Part shown: positions 29,566-39,842 of the stretch, one piece after another
How the letters are laid out: each line of letters begins with the position of its first letter
Position numbering within the stretch: position 1 is the stretch's first letter
IMG/VR virus record: IMGVR_UViG_3300027513_000014
Coordinates: 51-64,050 of that record
Direction: 5' to 3' (one strand)
DNA length: 64,000 nucleotides
DNA from: a virus
The notes under the pieces: model-generated
Told to the model about the DNA's origin: nothing
What the model saw: only the letters and a program-made list of their open reading frames with translations
Database searches by the model: none
Program-made: the position numbers and the translations under genes

Positions 29566-32043
29566 ATGGCGTTCAATCAGGAACTCGATGACTTCGCCTC
29601 TGGCTTTTCCAAAGGCTACGACATGGTGCAGTCAAAAGAGGAGAAGGAAAACGAAAGGCTTCGTAACGAGTATCTTGCTGGTTCTGTTGAAGCGCAGCAG
29701 GCTGAAGCAGGACGGCGTCCGACACGATGGGCGCAAGAGGATGCAGCGTTTAAACTTCAGCAGCAAACAGGACAGGTCGGCCTTGAATCAGCACAGGAAC
29801 GCTTAATTACAGAGAAGCGGGCTAACGAACCCTCGCGCGTAGCAGTGGACGACGCCATACAGAAAGCTAAATTAGAAGCTGCGCAACTGGAGCAGAAGGT
29901 CAACCAACTAACTTATGAGCTGGCAAGCGATCCAGACAATATCGCGTTGCAAAAGAGAACAAAAGAGGCTGTGGCCGACGCCGCAGACTTGGATGTGCAA
30001 ATTAAGCAGCTGACGCTTCGGCAGGAAGAGCTAAAGACTAAGGACGCAGAGAGCTTTGACAAGATGTTTGCTCCATTGAGGAAAGCTATAGAGCAGCAGG
30101 CTAACCCCGGCACGCAGCCGCTGAACGAAGCAGTTCCGGCAGGCCCTGTGACGTTTGAGCCTCCTGCTGCTCCCGAGGTTGATATCCCTCTTGATGATCG
30201 CGAAGGCGACACCAGCGCTGATAAAGCGCCGGGTCCCAGTGCTGTACCCGCTGGAACTGATCAACCGTTAGCCAGTGCTGTACCTGCTGGAACTGATCAA
30301 CCGTTAGCCTACACGGCAGAGGCTCCTCCCAGAGAAAGATTCGGGCAATTTCCCGTGGAAATGGAGGGGTCCGATATGACGGATGCCCAGAAGGCCATCG
30401 AAAACCTTCTAAATGGGAACCTCACTAGCAGTAAGGACAAGAAAAACGCTGTCATAGATGCCAGCAAGGAAGCAACAAAAGTAGGGCTGGAATATATGGC
30501 GGAACAGAACGGTTTGAATCAGGATCACGCCGTGGATACGCCGGAGGTAGAGCAACAACAAGAGAGTTTTCTCACTGGCGCGAAAGGCGCGGACCCTGAA
30601 GCCGGTCAGATGGTCATGGATATGGTCAATCAGGCAGCCGGTGGGGGTCTGACGCTGGATGAACAGGCGACATATGCTTTAGGGCTGGGATATCTGTGGC
30701 ACCTTGCCAAGGGTGACCCGGAAGCAGCAGCGAAATATGCTGGCAGCATGGTGGGGTTTAACCAGAGGATGGCATCGCAATACGCGGTTTTCGGACAAGC
30801 TGCCGACGCCAATGGTGATGTGTCTGCTGCAGATGAAGCGATCATGCGTGCTTACGCGCATGTGACGAATGGTGAAAAGCTGCATGTGACTCCTACTGAA
30901 GATGGACGCTTCATGGCTACCATTACGGACATGAAGACTGGAAAAGTCCGACACGAACAGATCATGTCGCCTGAGGAGAGAGGTGCCATGGTTATGGGTG
31001 TTGGTGCGGATTCATATGTGAAATTGATATCACAGGCTGCGGGTATACCGGATAAGACTATCTCGGATGAAGCTGCAATTCTTCTTGGTTTGACAAAGGG
31101 TATTAAAGACCCTGAGATGGCTATTAAGTTATTCGGCAACCTTACAACTCAAGAATTTAATTCTCTTACAATGTCCGAGAAGGCTGCGAATCAGGGGGCC
31201 GCTGCTGCAGGCGAGGCTGCTGCTAAAAGACAGGAAGCGCGGCAGGTGAAGCCAACTGATATGGACGATATTGATACAGGTATAACTACCGCGATGGCTG
31301 AGCTTACGGACAAAAACCCTGATGCTTTCGGCAAAGCAGGAGAAACTTTCGCTAATCAGGAAGAGCTTATGGCAGCTGGTGATGTGGCGGACTATAGTGA
31401 TCAGGTAAGGTTTGTAGCTACTGATCTCATGACCAACCCGGAAAATTATGGGAAACTTGGTGCAAAAGAGGCCGTGCGGATAGCAAGAACGCTGGCTGAG
31501 AAGCGCCCGGATAACATAGAAGTAGACCGGGCCGGGCAAGGCGATCCGATTATTAGAATATATGTAAAGGGGCATCCTGCGGGATTGGCCATGGACCGGC
31601 AGCATTACAACGACATTGGCTTGGTTAGAAACTACAAGGATGCAATTCAAAACAAAGATACGAAGCAGCCAGCTCCCGCTCCCGTTCCCGCTCCTCCTGA
31701 AGTTGTTGGTTCGCCTGGGTCTGCCGCCTTGGAGGCAGCAGGCGGTGCTGTAGATGCGGGACCGGGAGTATCAGCAGCGCCAGCTAGGCACCCGCGCGTG
31801 GGCGGCACTGTTACGCCATTGCTACCGGGAGGGCCATCTAGGTTGGAGGGTCCGTCACGCGCTAATATGCCTAGACCGCCACCGGAATCAGCAAGACCGC
31901 GTAGCCGTTCTGATTTCCCGCCTCGCTTACAGCAGGAGATACAGCAGCTTTTCCCGGCTAATCCTATCCCGCCTCCTCTTTCTCGGGCGGTTCCCCTTGG
32001 AGGGGGAGGCGGTAGTGGGCGAAAGCTTCCCACGTTTAGGTAA
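29566..32043 (+). CDS. Internal virion (ejection) protein
   Basis: 825 aa helical/acidic protein between the pilot and giant virion genes. Confidence 0.6.
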   Translation: MAFNQELDDFASGFSKGYDMVQSKEEKENERLRNEYLAGSVEAQQAEAGRRPTRWAQEDAAFKLQQQTGQVGLESAQERLITEKRANEPSRVAVDDAIQKAKLEAAQLEQKVNQLTYELASDPDNIALQKRTKEAVADAADLDVQIKQLTLRQEELKTKDAESFDKMFAPLRKAIEQQANPGTQPLNEAVPAGPVTFEPPAAPEVDIPLDDREGDTSADKAPGPSAVPAGTDQPLASAVPAGTDQPLAYTAEAPPRERFGQFPVEMEGSDMTDAQKAIENLLNGNLTSSKDKKNAVIDASKEATKVGLEYMAEQNGLNQDHAVDTPEVEQQQESFLTGAKGADPEAGQMVMDMVNQAAGGGLTLDEQATYALGLGYLWHLAKGDPEAAAKYAGSMVGFNQRMASQYAVFGQAADANGDVSAADEAIMRAYAHVTNGEKLHVTPTEDGRFMATITDMKTGKVRHEQIMSPEERGAMVMGVGADSYVKLISQAAGIPDKTISDEAAILLGLTKGIKDPEMAIKLFGNLTTQEFNSLTMSEKAANQGAAAAGEAAAKRQEARQVKPTDMDDIDTGITTAMAELTDKNPDAFGKAGETFANQEELMAAGDVADYSDQVRFVATDLMTNPENYGKLGAKEAVRIARTLAEKRPDNIEVDRAGQGDPIIRIYVKGHPAGLAMDRQHYNDIGLVRNYKDAIQNKDTKQPAPAPVPAPPEVVGSPGSAALEAAGGAVDAGPGVSAAPARHPRVGGTVTPLLPGGPSRLEGPSRANMPRPPPESARPRSRSDFPPRLQQEIQQLFPANPIPPPLSRAVPLGGGGGSGRKLPTFR

Positions 32044-32078
32044 GTTACCGTTTCCGGTAACTCATGGGGTAGATTTTA

Positions 32079-35000
32079 ATGGCATATGATACCGTTTTTC
32101 GCTCTGACCCAGTGCGCTCCACGCGCGATATTTATGGTGATCCTACTTGGGGCGATTACGGCTCGTTGTTTGCCAACGTCGGCGGTGCAGAGCTTGCCGT
32201 TGCGCCCTTCTCGCTGGCTCGCTGGCTGGCTGAAGCTGGGCTTGGAGAAGATTCCGAGTTTGGTAAGTCGGTTGCCGAGAACGCCGGTTACTTCGAGAAG
32301 AAAATAAGAGATTATGGCGCGGCGTCTTTTGAAGACTTAAGTCCTGCCGCCAAGGAAGCCGTAACGGCGGAAATATTCTCCGACGAGTTCATGGCTAACC
32401 CTGCCAGCAGCACTTTTCTGAAATTAACCCGTATAGCTCCTTCAACCATCGCTTCCATCGGGGCGACGATAGGGACAGGCGGCTTAGCTTCAGCAGCCAT
32501 AATCGGGGCAACAGGTGGTGCGATCAGCGCCGGACAGTATCTCAATGATGTTCATGCCGGTTTTGACGATAAGTCAGACGCTGAATTACAGGAGACAAGC
32601 CCGCTATACAAGCAGCTTCGCAGCGAGGGAGCTAATGAGAACGTTGCGCGGGTGGAACTCGATAATGCCACGATAGGTGCCAAGCCGTTTCTCCTTATGG
32701 GGATCGGTGCGCTCACTTCCAATTTAGGTCCAGCCGGGCAGGTTTCTCGTAATGTCCTGGGTAAAGGAGTGCAGCGTGCTGTAGCGGAAACGGGCGAAGA
32801 TGTTGCGCAGCGGGGTATTATCAAGCGCGTAGGCAAGGAATTTGCACAGGGTGCTGGTGCGGAGGCAGGCCAGACATTTGCCGAAGCTGTCTCCACCGAG
32901 CAGACTTTCGCAGAAGCTGGTATGAAGCCGATAGACTGGCGGTCGGTTGGCATGCAGACTGCCGAAGGCTCGTTCCTCGGCGGCATCATGGGTGGCGTTG
33001 CCGGTATCCCATCCGGCAGGCGCGCACAAGCTAGAACACCTCCAAGCGCTGATACCACGACTGCGGACCCGCGTGCTCACCCGGATAACCCTTCCGGCGC
33101 GTCGATTGAGGGTTTTCGTCGCCCTGACGCTACTAATTTTCCGCTTCCTAGTGATGTAGCGGGAATAGACCCATTTACGGGTGGTCCATCTTCCATGCCG
33201 CCCAGAGGCGGGGACACGCAGAATACTCCACCCATAGTTCCGTCTGGCACCCCTACAAGGCCCGCTGGAGCGGTTCCAGGTGCCGAGGCTGTCTCCACCC
33301 AGCCAACCCTGCCTGGCGTGTCTATGGGGCTCCCAGGGGCCTCCACGCCTGCTATTAACGACAATGCCCGTATCGTAATGGACGATACGCAGGCTGCTGC
33401 CCTGGGAGCCATGAATACCCAGCCGTTACCGGAAACGGTAACTCCTGGGGCTATGCCAGCCCCGAGCCCTACGACTCCACGCGGTTCCACCGCGCCCCCA
33501 GCCGAAGGCTCTGGGGCTGGCACCCCCACACCGGGAGCCGTGCCGACAGGTCCTATCACGTGGGGCGGCGGAGCGGTTGAAGCGGGTGAACCTGTCCTGG
33601 ACAGTGGGACTGCGGTGTTCCCCCGCGAGCCGCGTACTATCGATGAGCGCCGAGCATTGGACACAGTGCCGGATCAGGCAATGCTTGATCTCGTGGCGAT
33701 AAGGCAGCAGCAAGAACAAGCCCGGACCATACCCGCTAAAGCAGAAGTCGCGCCGGGAACGCTAAGAGGCAAGGACGCCGAGCGGAACCAGAAGCTCCTT
33801 GATGATGGTGTTAAGGCGCAGGCGCTTCTTGGTGAGCGCCCGGGTGAGCCGGATTTCCCAACCGATGCCAAGGGGTTCATAAAGCTTCGCGCTGCCCTTC
33901 AGCGTATTGTTAAGCGCGCTCAAAAACAGGGTGTCGAGCTTCGTGAAAAAGTTGGATATGATACGACACCTGATTCGCTTGTTTGGTTAAGCGAAGCGCA
34001 GGCACTCGTTAAAAAATTATCCAATAAAAAACTTAGTGCTGCTGATAAACTTGATGCTGCAACTGGGTTTCTGGTGGCTGAGCAGCAGCTCCTTTCCAAA
34101 GGCGATGCTTCGCTTTTCCGGGGTAAGCGTGCGGCTGAAGGCGAGGAAGTAGGCAGGGGTATACTTACCGCAGATGAGACTATAGCAGATACCGGTGAAG
34201 CTGCTGTATCAGAAGAACAGGCTGCGGCAAGGGAAGCGGGGGAAGCTGAGCCCGAGGTACAAACAGTTACACCGCGAACCAAGGTAACACGTCCCAAGCT
34301 AGGCATTGAGGACTATGCCGGGACTCATAAAAACAAAGCTACTGGCCAAACCGGTCCCCGCCAGAAAGCAACCACTCCCGGTAAGAGCACGCTTACTAGC
34401 GCCGAGAGAGCCGAGCTTATTGCCGAGGAGACTGAAAAACGTAAGCCGCTTACCGCCAAAGCTGCAGCGGCAGTGGAGAAAGGCCGTAAAAGAGCTGAAG
34501 CCAAGGAGAAAAAAGCAGCTGTAAAGCTAGCCCAGGAGCGGGTCGAGGCCGAAGCGAAGCTAAAGCAGGCAAAGAAAGAAGGCGTAGCCTTAAATCTGGC
34601 ACAGGCTGAAGCTGATCTCGCGGCTATAATCAAAGCCGAGAAACAACAAAAGAAAAAGCGCCCCACCAAGCTCGAAAAGGCTATGGCGGTAGCTGCAGCC
34701 AAGAAAGAAGCTGCAGCTAGGGAGCAGGCAGAGGCCGAGGAGAAGGCTGAAGTCGAAGCCAGAGCCAAGAAGCAGATGACGCCAAAGACCAAGAAGGCTA
34801 TGGCGGCGCTAGAGACAGCAAAGAGAATAGCAGCAAAGAAAAAAGCAGCGAAGGAGGCGAAATCAAAGGCGGCGGCTGAGACTAGAAAACCGCTGAGGGG
34901 AGAGCCGTTACCTAGAAAAGCAAAGCCGTTACCGGAAAAAGTAACTGCCGTCAAAGATCGTGTCGAAGCCAGAAGAATTATGAGGCTGAAGGAAGGCAAG

Positions 35001-38000
35001 GTCAAGCTTGACGAGGAGATAGCCAAGGTGGAGGAGGACCCCTCCCCGGCCAAACAAGAAGCCGACAACTTCACCAAGGGGCACGTGTCCATCGAGGGCG
35101 TGCCTATATCGCTTGAGACTAAGGACGGCTTCGGACAGATACCGGGGACCAAGGGGGCATCCGGTGGACCGGTAAAAGTGCTCCTGGGCGAAGAGGCAAT
35201 ACCGGGCAACGCCAACATCAGGACCTTGCCTGTTGTCGTTATCGATCAGGTGAACCCGGACACTGGAGCACAGGAGGATCATGTCGTCCTGTACGGGTTC
35301 GAAGACCCGCAGGCGGCAGTCAACGAGTATGAAGGCAACTTCCCCGACCAGATGGGCGACTTTGCCATCATGTCGTTTGATGAATTTAGAACATGGCTTG
35401 CGTCCAAGTCCTCCGAGCCAGTTGGGGTGCCGCTTGGGCCATCAGAGTCAACGTTGGAAGAACTCAAAGCTGCCATAGCTGAAATTGACGCAGAAGATGC
35501 ATCTGTAATACCAGAAAATTACAGGGATGCTGTAGTAGCTGCAAGGGCGGAATCGGCTCGTCTGGAGAATCTGGCCAGAGGGCATGCTTATGCATCCGGG
35601 CCGTTGGACAGGTTTCTTACCCAGGGTCAGGCAGATATAGCTTTGCATGATATTACTGGGCCGGGTAAAGCTTTGTTTCCTGAGTTTGCCAGTCGCGTCA
35701 GGCGTATGGCCGGCGATATAATTATTTATTTTGTACCAGATGAAATATACGCCCAGATGGGACGCCCTCCCAGGTCTGCAGGATTTTATGATTCCCTTAG
35801 CGATATTATCGTTATACCTAGAAAATCTACGTCTAATCGTATCGAGCTTGCGCGGCTTCTATTACATGAAGGCGCGCACGCTGCTGTGCAGAAAGCGACT
35901 TATGAGAACCCTAAGTTGGTACGAGATTTATTCAGGATTTTCGATGAAGCCAAAAAGACCTGGGCGAGTATTGATCCGATACTGAGCCCTTACGGACTTA
36001 CAAGTGTAAACGAAATGCTGGCTGAAGCATTCAGCAGTCCACGCTTTCAGGAGTTTCTTCTCAAGACGAAAGCCAGTGAAAAACTTAAAGCCGATCTCGG
36101 ACTTAGTGAAAAAGTTAAGTCTATGTGGGATGCGTTGGTGCAGATCGTTGCTGATGCATTTGGTTATTCGAGGGCCGCTTATGGCCATCAAGCTCATGAA
36201 TCCCTCATGAGCGCCATCATGAAAGTATCGGAACAGCTGGAGCCTATAGCTGAAGACATTGGTCGTGGCCCGATGACCGATCAGCAAATGGCTACTCTCC
36301 TTGTAAATTGGGAACAAAGACGTGCTGACACTGCTCGTGACATAACCCCTATAAGCTCATCGGAAAGACTGTTACCGGAATCGGTAACTTCGAGGTTCCC
36401 CGAGAAATTCCGCCCGGCCCCCCACCAGAAGCAGGTAGCTACAATCAAGCTGCTTTTCCTGCGAACATTAAATGATCTAGCTCATGCTGCGGAGTTTTAC
36501 GGGGTTGATTTCTCTAAGCCTGTTCGTGCCGTAGCAGATGCGCTTCTGCGAATCCACACTTCTGCAAAAGCTTATTTGCAGAAATGGCTGCCGCTTATGC
36601 TCAAGATGCATGATATGCAGCACAAATACAAAGGTACTGAATGGTGGGAAAAATTCATGCAGCTTATGCATGACGAAACATCAGCAGGTGTGTTTGCCCA
36701 TTTACCGTTGTCTGCACAGAAGTTCTTGGGTGGCGCTGACTCGCTCAGAGGCGCTTATCCCAAGGGACGCCACGCCGATCTCAGCAAGCGCTGGGCAGCG
36801 CTCCCTGACGATATGAAGGCCCTTCGTATAGAAATCCTGGACTTCTACCAGCAGCGCCAGAACGAGGTTCACTTCAAGCGCCTGAAGAATATCCTTCGTG
36901 TAGCTGGGCATAGGGATGAAGCCCTGGCACACAGGATATTCAACGACACTGAAACCGAAGCAGACAAGAAACTTCTCGGTGCAGTCTATGAGCACATAAA
37001 GGATGTGGAAGAGGCGTCGAGAATAGAAGGCCCGTACTATCCACAGATGCGGCGTGGCAACTGGGTTGTGCAGGCACGCTACAAGATCAAGCCGCCAAGA
37101 GATGCACAGCGTGCGATACCGGATGAAGACGGCAAGATACGCACGTGGGAGTTTGGCGGAGCAGGCATGTCGGTGGCGGAAGCTGAACGCCGTGCCATGG
37201 CATATGCTGCAGCGCAAGACGCTATGCATCCCACCGTCTCGTCCGTGTGGGTTAATGCTACTGGTGAGAGATTTTTCACTAACGAAGACGGCAACGAGCA
37301 GAGGGTGGCTCCAACGGATATCGACTCTGAGAATCGGTTCAGGGTTTCCATCCAGAACGAGTATGTGGGTTTCTTCGATAAGCAACGGACAGCTGAGGAA
37401 GTTGCCGAGGAGCTTAAAACTCATGCGGATGTTGAGCCGGATTCAGTGCGTGGCGTAGAGGAGAGACGCTTCCAGCTGGATTCGCGTACGGCAGACGTGG
37501 CGTCAAGCCAGATGAAGGCGCTGATCAGCAGCCTTAAGAGGCAACGTCATTTCAAGGATTTGAGCCCAGGCGAGCAAAATACAGTCGAGCAGACATTGCT
37601 GGAAGCCAGCCTTAGAATCCTGTCACACACTAGAATTCAAACCAAGAACCTTCCGCGCAGGCACGTTTTAGGAGCATCAACTGACGCTACCACGAACATG
37701 GGAGAGTATTCGCAGAGCGTATCCGGGTACATGGCGAGGCTCGATCATCAGCAGGACCTGAACGAAGCCATGCAGGCTGCGAGGGCGCAAGTCGGCACGG
37801 ACGCGCACAAGTCTGCTGGTAGAAGCGTGCTTATGAACGAATTGGAAAAGCGTGTTACTACAGCTAGTGCCTTCCCTGACAGCAAGGGGGGCTGGGATGG
37901 AGCAGTTAAACGCTGGCTGATTGCCAGCTACCTTGCTCGATTGGTGTCGCCCGCAACTATCACGCTCAATATGCTGCAGCCGACAACGACTTCGCTTCCT

Positions 38001-39494
38001 CTATTTGCCGCGCGGTTTGGGCCAGGACGCGCCGCCAAAATGATGCTCAAGGTTTATAAGGACGTTGGCGCGGGCAAGATTTTGAAATCTGGGCTGGTAG
38101 CTACAGGACGCGCAATCGCAAAGGGCGCACGCGCTGAACCCACAACGATGATAGAGGACATACTGGCTAATCTCTCCACAGGGGAGCAAGCCCTGATAAA
38201 CGAGCTTATAGCGTTAGGCTCCATTGACCCGGATGCCGGTATAGAGATGGACACCCTGCTTAATATGGGTGACACCCTAGGAGCGCGTGCAGACAGGGTG
38301 TTGGATTTTGGCCAACGATTTGGGCGGCAAATGCCGCGCGCTGTCGAAGTTGTCAATCGTGTCGTAACTGCGGTTGCTGCATACCGCCTTGAGATGCAGA
38401 AAAATGGCGGTAACCACGAAGCTGCGGTAAAATATGCCCAGAAAACCACGAACATCACTCAGGGTATTTACTCCCACACCAATGCCGCGCCTGTCTTCAA
38501 GCATCCGCTTGCAAGAATATCTCTGCAGTTTAAACAGTATGCGCAGTTGATCTATAGCCTTATGGCGCATCAATTCGAGAAAGCCTACCACAACGCCGAG
38601 CCAGGGGACCGCGCCGAGGCTATAAAGTCGTTTGCCTATATGATGGCGACCTACGGTGTAGTGGCTGGAACGCTGGGGCTTCCCACAGAGCCGCTCAAGC
38701 TTGTGTTCATGCTGGCAGGGGGGAGCATCGGCGGTGTGGCTTGGTCAGATATAGAGCACTACGAGCGCCAATTGGCAGCAGACCTGTTCGGCAAGAACAT
38801 GGGCGAGATAGTTACCCATGGCATAAGCCGCGCACTCCCGGAGGGTTTATCGTTCGACCTGTCAAGCCGTGTGGGACTGCAGGACTTGCTCTTGTTTGGC
38901 GAGCCGCGTGCTCAAAACGAGCAAGCTGTCCAGGCTTACTTGTGGGAACTCGTAGGAGGTGCCCCGGTTGCGCTGTTTAAAGATTGGGCGAAGGGTGTCC
39001 AAGCCCTCAGGGACGGAGATATCCTTGAGTCGATGCAGAAATTCTCGCCTCTCAAGGTGACTGCCGATCTGGTCAAAGCCTACAGGACCAGCACTGAAGG
39101 CAAGAAGTCGGGAGCCGGATATACAAGCTTGACGCCATACTCGGCTACCGAAGCGGCTGTGCGTGCCTTTGGGTTCACCCCTGCACGCGAAGCCGAGGCT
39201 GGCGAAGCAAGTCGGTATTTCTACTCCCGCGAAGAACGCGGCTCTGCCGAGCGCCGTTCATATATGCACCAGTGGGCTGCAGCTAGCGGTTCCGAGCGCG
39301 CAAGACTCTGGGGACAGGTTGAAAAGTTTAACTCTCGCAAGCCGGAGGACGAGAAGCTCACCAGGGCGGACCTTGATCGTTACACCAAGTCCCGCAAAAC
39401 CATGGAAAAATCCCGGAGAAGCGGACTTAGGGTAACTCGCCGTGAGCAATCGCTTTACGAAGACATCGGAAACGTCTATAACATTTCTCCATAG
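32079..39494 (+). CDS. Giant polyvalent internal virion protein
   Basis: 2471 aa; Lys/Ala/Glu coiled coil; degenerate inorganic-pyrophosphatase-like module; LLLHEGAH zincin motif; C-terminal APVFKHPLARISLQFKQY. Confidence 0.75.
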   Translation: MAYDTVFRSDPVRSTRDIYGDPTWGDYGSLFANVGGAELAVAPFSLARWLAEAGLGEDSEFGKSVAENAGYFEKKIRDYGAASFEDLSPAAKEAVTAEIFSDEFMANPASSTFLKLTRIAPSTIASIGATIGTGGLASAAIIGATGGAISAGQYLNDVHAGFDDKSDAELQETSPLYKQLRSEGANENVARVELDNATIGAKPFLLMGIGALTSNLGPAGQVSRNVLGKGVQRAVAETGEDVAQRGIIKRVGKEFAQGAGAEAGQTFAEAVSTEQTFAEAGMKPIDWRSVGMQTAEGSFLGGIMGGVAGIPSGRRAQARTPPSADTTTADPRAHPDNPSGASIEGFRRPDATNFPLPSDVAGIDPFTGGPSSMPPRGGDTQNTPPIVPSGTPTRPAGAVPGAEAVSTQPTLPGVSMGLPGASTPAINDNARIVMDDTQAAALGAMNTQPLPETVTPGAMPAPSPTTPRGSTAPPAEGSGAGTPTPGAVPTGPITWGGGAVEAGEPVLDSGTAVFPREPRTIDERRALDTVPDQAMLDLVAIRQQQEQARTIPAKAEVAPGTLRGKDAERNQKLLDDGVKAQALLGERPGEPDFPTDAKGFIKLRAALQRIVKRAQKQGVELREKVGYDTTPDSLVWLSEAQALVKKLSNKKLSAADKLDAATGFLVAEQQLLSKGDASLFRGKRAAEGEEVGRGILTADETIADTGEAAVSEEQAAAREAGEAEPEVQTVTPRTKVTRPKLGIEDYAGTHKNKATGQTGPRQKATTPGKSTLTSAERAELIAEETEKRKPLTAKAAAAVEKGRKRAEAKEKKAAVKLAQERVEAEAKLKQAKKEGVALNLAQAEADLAAIIKAEKQQKKKRPTKLEKAMAVAAAKKEAAAREQAEAEEKAEVEARAKKQMTPKTKKAMAALETAKRIAAKKKAAKEAKSKAAAETRKPLRGEPLPRKAKPLPEKVTAVKDRVEARRIMRLKEGKVKLDEEIAKVEEDPSPAKQEADNFTKGHVSIEGVPISLETKDGFGQIPGTKGASGGPVKVLLGEEAIPGNANIRTLPVVVIDQVNPDTGAQEDHVVLYGFEDPQAAVNEYEGNFPDQMGDFAIMSFDEFRTWLASKSSEPVGVPLGPSESTLEELKAAIAEIDAEDASVIPENYRDAVVAARAESARLENLARGHAYASGPLDRFLTQGQADIALHDITGPGKALFPEFASRVRRMAGDIIIYFVPDEIYAQMGRPPRSAGFYDSLSDIIVIPRKSTSNRIELARLLLHEGAHAAVQKATYENPKLVRDLFRIFDEAKKTWASIDPILSPYGLTSVNEMLAEAFSSPRFQEFLLKTKASEKLKADLGLSEKVKSMWDALVQIVADAFGYSRAAYGHQAHESLMSAIMKVSEQLEPIAEDIGRGPMTDQQMATLLVNWEQRRADTARDITPISSSERLLPESVTSRFPEKFRPAPHQKQVATIKLLFLRTLNDLAHAAEFYGVDFSKPVRAVADALLRIHTSAKAYLQKWLPLMLKMHDMQHKYKGTEWWEKFMQLMHDETSAGVFAHLPLSAQKFLGGADSLRGAYPKGRHADLSKRWAALPDDMKALRIEILDFYQQRQNEVHFKRLKNILRVAGHRDEALAHRIFNDTETEADKKLLGAVYEHIKDVEEASRIEGPYYPQMRRGNWVVQARYKIKPPRDAQRAIPDEDGKIRTWEFGGAGMSVAEAERRAMAYAAAQDAMHPTVSSVWVNATGERFFTNEDGNEQRVAPTDIDSENRFRVSIQNEYVGFFDKQRTAEEVAEELKTHADVEPDSVRGVEERRFQLDSRTADVASSQMKALISSLKRQRHFKDLSPGEQNTVEQTLLEASLRILSHTRIQTKNLPRRHVLGASTDATTNMGEYSQSVSGYMARLDHQQDLNEAMQAARAQVGTDAHKSAGRSVLMNELEKRVTTASAFPDSKGGWDGAVKRWLIASYLARLVSPATITLNMLQPTTTSLPLFAARFGPGRAAKMMLKVYKDVGAGKILKSGLVATGRAIAKGARAEPTTMIEDILANLSTGEQALINELIALGSIDPDAGIEMDTLLNMGDTLGARADRVLDFGQRFGRQMPRAVEVVNRVVTAVAAYRLEMQKNGGNHEAAVKYAQKTTNITQGIYSHTNAAPVFKHPLARISLQFKQYAQLIYSLMAHQFEKAYHNAEPGDRAEAIKSFAYMMATYGVVAGTLGLPTEPLKLVFMLAGGSIGGVAWSDIEHYERQLAADLFGKNMGEIVTHGISRALPEGLSFDLSSRVGLQDLLLFGEPRAQNEQAVQAYLWELVGGAPVALFKDWAKGVQALRDGDILESMQKFSPLKVTADLVKAYRTSTEGKKSGAGYTSLTPYSATEAAVRAFGFTPAREAEAGEASRYFYSREERGSAERRSYMHQWAAASGSERARLWGQVEKFNSRKPEDEKLTRADLDRYTKSRKTMEKSRRSGLRVTRREQSLYEDIGNVYNISP

Positions 39495-39528
39495 GTGTTA
39501 CCGATAACGGTAACGAAGGAGGTAACAC

Positions 39529-39837
39529 ATGGCAACGAAAACGAGGATTGAATTCGGCAATATGTATGTAGACGAGGAAGCCCTTCCTAATATGATGAAG
39601 GGAATGCCCATCTCCGCCGTTGCCATGAGCGTAACGGGTACAGCGTCCTCCACTGGCACAACCGTGCCCGCTGGTGCAAGTTTTGCATTTATCACTGCGG
39701 TAGATGGCAACGTTATTGCGCTTCCGGGTGCAAGCCCTACGGCTATCCAGACAACTGGCAAGCTCTGCCTGCAGGGAGTGGAGACACCAATTTCTGTCAC
39801 ACCTGGGCAACTTATCTCGCTAATAGAGCTGGCATAA
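39529..39837 (+). CDS. Hypothetical structural protein
   Basis: GGAGG RBS; 102 aa, beta-rich. Confidence 0.6.
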   Translation: MATKTRIEFGNMYVDEEALPNMMKGMPISAVAMSVTGTASSTGTTVPAGASFAFITAVDGNVIALPGASPTAIQTTGKLCLQGVETPISVTPGQLISLIELA

Positions 39838-39842
39838 AAACT

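Noticed and set aside
30236-30309. 36-bp tandem duplication (SAVPAGTDQPLA x2); also an 18-bp duplication at 14629-14664
   Set aside because: Ordinary in-frame linker duplications; no similarity to the TIGR repeats despite the 36-nt length.
25360-33049. Half-target self matches GCGATGCTGC (25360) and CTCCAAGCGC (33040)
   Set aside because: The second halves do not match, and a few 10-mer hits are expected by chance among 22 spacers.
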